Positions 61,512 through 64,000 of a stretch of DNA of 64,000 bases are shown piece by piece. Position numbers and translations under genes: made by a program. Where the stretch lies: contig JALMLS010000420.1 in assembly GCA_038496445.1 (NCBI GenBank), positions 496,001-560,000 on the forward strand, written 5' to 3'. Source of the stretch: Trichosphaerium sp. ATCC 40318. Its lineage: Eukaryota > Protista > Tubulinea. Position 1 is the first letter of the stretch; every line of letters begins with the position of its first letter. The notes below the pieces were generated by a model. The model did no database searches, had not been told where the DNA came from, and was given only the letters and a program-made list of their open reading frames with translations.

Positions 61512-64000
61512 CTAGCTACGCAGTATAGTCCTACTCCCACAACCACTAATCTTATTGCTCAGGATCTGTAGCATGCTATGTTTTTTGTTCGTCTTTGACT
61601 TTTTGTTGCGGCGCCTTCGCTTCCTTATAGTACCAGCTGGCTTCCAAGGGTGTATATCTGATACGTCCATAGAGTAATGTCGCAGATTATCTCTTGACGT
61701 TGACGAAGATTTAACGCCTCGTCGGAAAGTTTCTTGCTCGGAATCAGCTTCATACCCGCTTATAAAACTCTTGCGCAGCATATGCTTTGGTTTTAGTTTA
61801 CAATCGCTTGATACCTTGTATATATAAGGCGGGAACCTTTTAAAAGGTGTACATGAGTCCGTCATTGCTTTGGGTCCATTATCTATAGATGACTATGAGA
61901 AAAACGGAAATTACAAAAAAAACTACTTTAACGAAAGTGTATCTTTTCGTTTACCTTTAAAGTCGCTTGACGACGTATCATTCACTCCGAGGACCTCTGA
62001 CAGTGCCCTAATTATCAATTAACATGGTCATGTGTGGAAATATTAAAAAGATCGTAAGACGAGGCTGAAAATACGTGTCCTACACGCTACAGTGTTTAAA
62101 AAAGGTTTGTGTACGAACAAGAGATTAAATGTGTGGCTGTGCTCTTCGTCGCTTGTATGCGTTTGCGGTTGAGGGTACATAGGCAAAGATACACCTATTG
62201 ACGTTTAGTTTTTTAGCAAATGAGTGGAATTGGCGCAGGTAAAGCGAAAACCGTTACCACAATAACTAATAAGGCTTTAAACGCACTGAGTAGTATTCCT
62301 TGTTTAAAAATAACCGTTCTTCGAATCGATAGGCGCTGTACAGCGAAACGTTTCGTAATTGTAGGAAGTTCGCTGACTTTTTTTGGCAAATTTTTAATTA
62401 AGTTGCAGTCGCTCTTTTGCTCTTTGTCAGCTGCTCTAAACAACTCATTGTAGTCACCAAGTTTACCGCTATTGGTTTAACTATTTAAATCAAAGTATTG
62501 CTGAACTTCAATAAAAGTCTGCTTCATTTTAATAGTTTATTTTTACAACTGTCAAGTAATATTAACTACTTGTGTTGACTTAGATTTGGGTGTATGACTC
62601 TCTCTTTTTATTTCTGCAAAAGACACCGTATACTATACCAGTAACAATGAGTGCTATGACAATCACTGGAACAAAGATAACAACGTATATGAGTACACTT
62701 CCAACTAAATAAAAAAACAGTCAGAAAAGTCATCATTAAAAAAAATGAGACATTGAGATGTATGATAGTACTTTAAACGAAAGACAAATTGTGAATTTAT
62801 AAATCAAGTATAATACAACAGGATTACGAAATGTAAACGAATTTCAGCGCAAGGACAGGAGACAGTAGTTTTGTAATGAAAAACAAAAAAAAGAGGAAAA
62901 AAACCTTTGTAATAAAAAACTATGACGCACAGCTACACTCTGTAGACCCTTCCTTTGATCCTTCAAACCACTTACATTCAGTACAAACTTTTATACTTTG
63001 AACGTCATGGGGTGTTTGGTATTGACCTAGAAAAAGAGACGTCACGACAAGAAAAACATGACAAGTTAGTGGTACCTGCAGCGCACGCTTTACATTCCAC
63101 ATTATCCATTGTGAAGTACCCAGGCTCACAAACTGTGCAATTGGTTTGTCCTGCAGATGATATGTACCATCTAGGACACATATCACAGCCTTGTTGTCCA
63201 CTACATCAAATCAACGAAAAAAAAAATAGTGTCGTATCTTACGTAATGTTTTGGTATGTTCCTGCATCGCAAGGATCGCACATGACTTGACCTTTGTTTT
63301 TTGCAAAGTAACCCATCAGACATGGTGTGCATTCCCTACCGTGTGGTGATGCTGTACCATAGTCACACTCAAAACATGACTGGTCCTGAGATGGACTAGC
63401 TGATCCATCAAAGCATGCTACATTGTTTTTCATTAAAGATGAAGAAAGGCTTTTCATTGAAAGTGTTTTAAAACAACGTACTTGGTTCAGGTTCAACCTT
63501 GAAGTCAAGCTTAGCAGTATTAGGCCAATTAATTTGGGTGTGATCCAAAGAACGTAAACCAAAAGGAGGTGCAAAGACTGTAATGTTGTCTTTAGTAGCA
63601 GTGTTGTTTTCAAAAGTACATTTATCGATAACAATCACAGAACTGCTGTCTTTTGTAAACAGGTGATTGATCAATATTGTAGAATAATAAGACGTTTCTA
63701 TTGGTTGATTAAAATCGACCCTGCGTCAAAATATTAGCGAGACGAATCAACAGTTTCAAAAAGAAAAAAAATTAGTCAACAAAAGTCCGAGAAAATAATT
63801 TCAGAAAACTTTAAAGCCACCAAGCTTGGTTTGTTTCTATTTGAATTTGGTTTTGTACGTACATATTATTTGCAAATGTTGAGTTAACAATAGATATATT
63901 GTAACGTTTTGGGCCGAACCGCGCTAATGTTAAGGAAGGCTATTTCAAAATAATTTAGCCAACTTCGAAAAAAAAAAATTGCTTCTTTTCTTAATGACAT
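61512..64000 (-). CDS. Type I membrane protein with beta-helix-like and Cys-rich (ephrin-receptor-like/GCC) repeats; 5'-partial
   Basis: IDKCTFENNTA, CTPCLMGYF, CDPCDAGTYQ, a TM segment near 62640-62700 and a cytoplasmic tail. Confidence 0.7.

Noticed and set aside
1-64000. Alternative genetic code or stop-codon readthrough
   Set aside because: The in-frame stops I examined fall inside plausible introns, and TAA, TAG and TGA all end genes.

Overview
This is gene-dense, AT-rich eukaryotic DNA, probably from a protist. An amoebozoan-like lineage is my inference from the Clu-domain, RhoGEF and F-box content and cannot be proven here. It uses the standard genetic code, many short spliceosomal introns of about 45-55 nt, and longer introns rich in A/T tracts. 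The ORF track therefore shows only exon fragments, and I spliced the gene models by hand, so internal boundaries are approximate. About 27 protein genes are present: a PH-inositol 5-phosphatase, an atypical Rho GTPase, TMEM184, HUS1, CRAL-TRIO, a KCTD-type BTB protein, a carboxylesterase, an STB6-like protein, a Clu-TPR-LRR protein, a SERAC1-like protein, an RDD protein, a flavin amine oxidase, a RhoGEF, a Cys-rich membrane protein and several unknowns. There are also two tRNAs, one of them intronic. The most notable observations are: (i) about 7 F-box or F-box-like adaptors with very different substrate modules, including intron-poor LRR and MORN-variant arrays with a pseudogene copy; (ii) a Rho GTPase with G12T/Q61S whose DTAG motif needs a 4-nt microexon; (iii) strong enrichment of CACGTG, G(T/C)NCG donors and several GC-AG introns; (iv) unexplained structured intergenic elements that may be ncRNAs.
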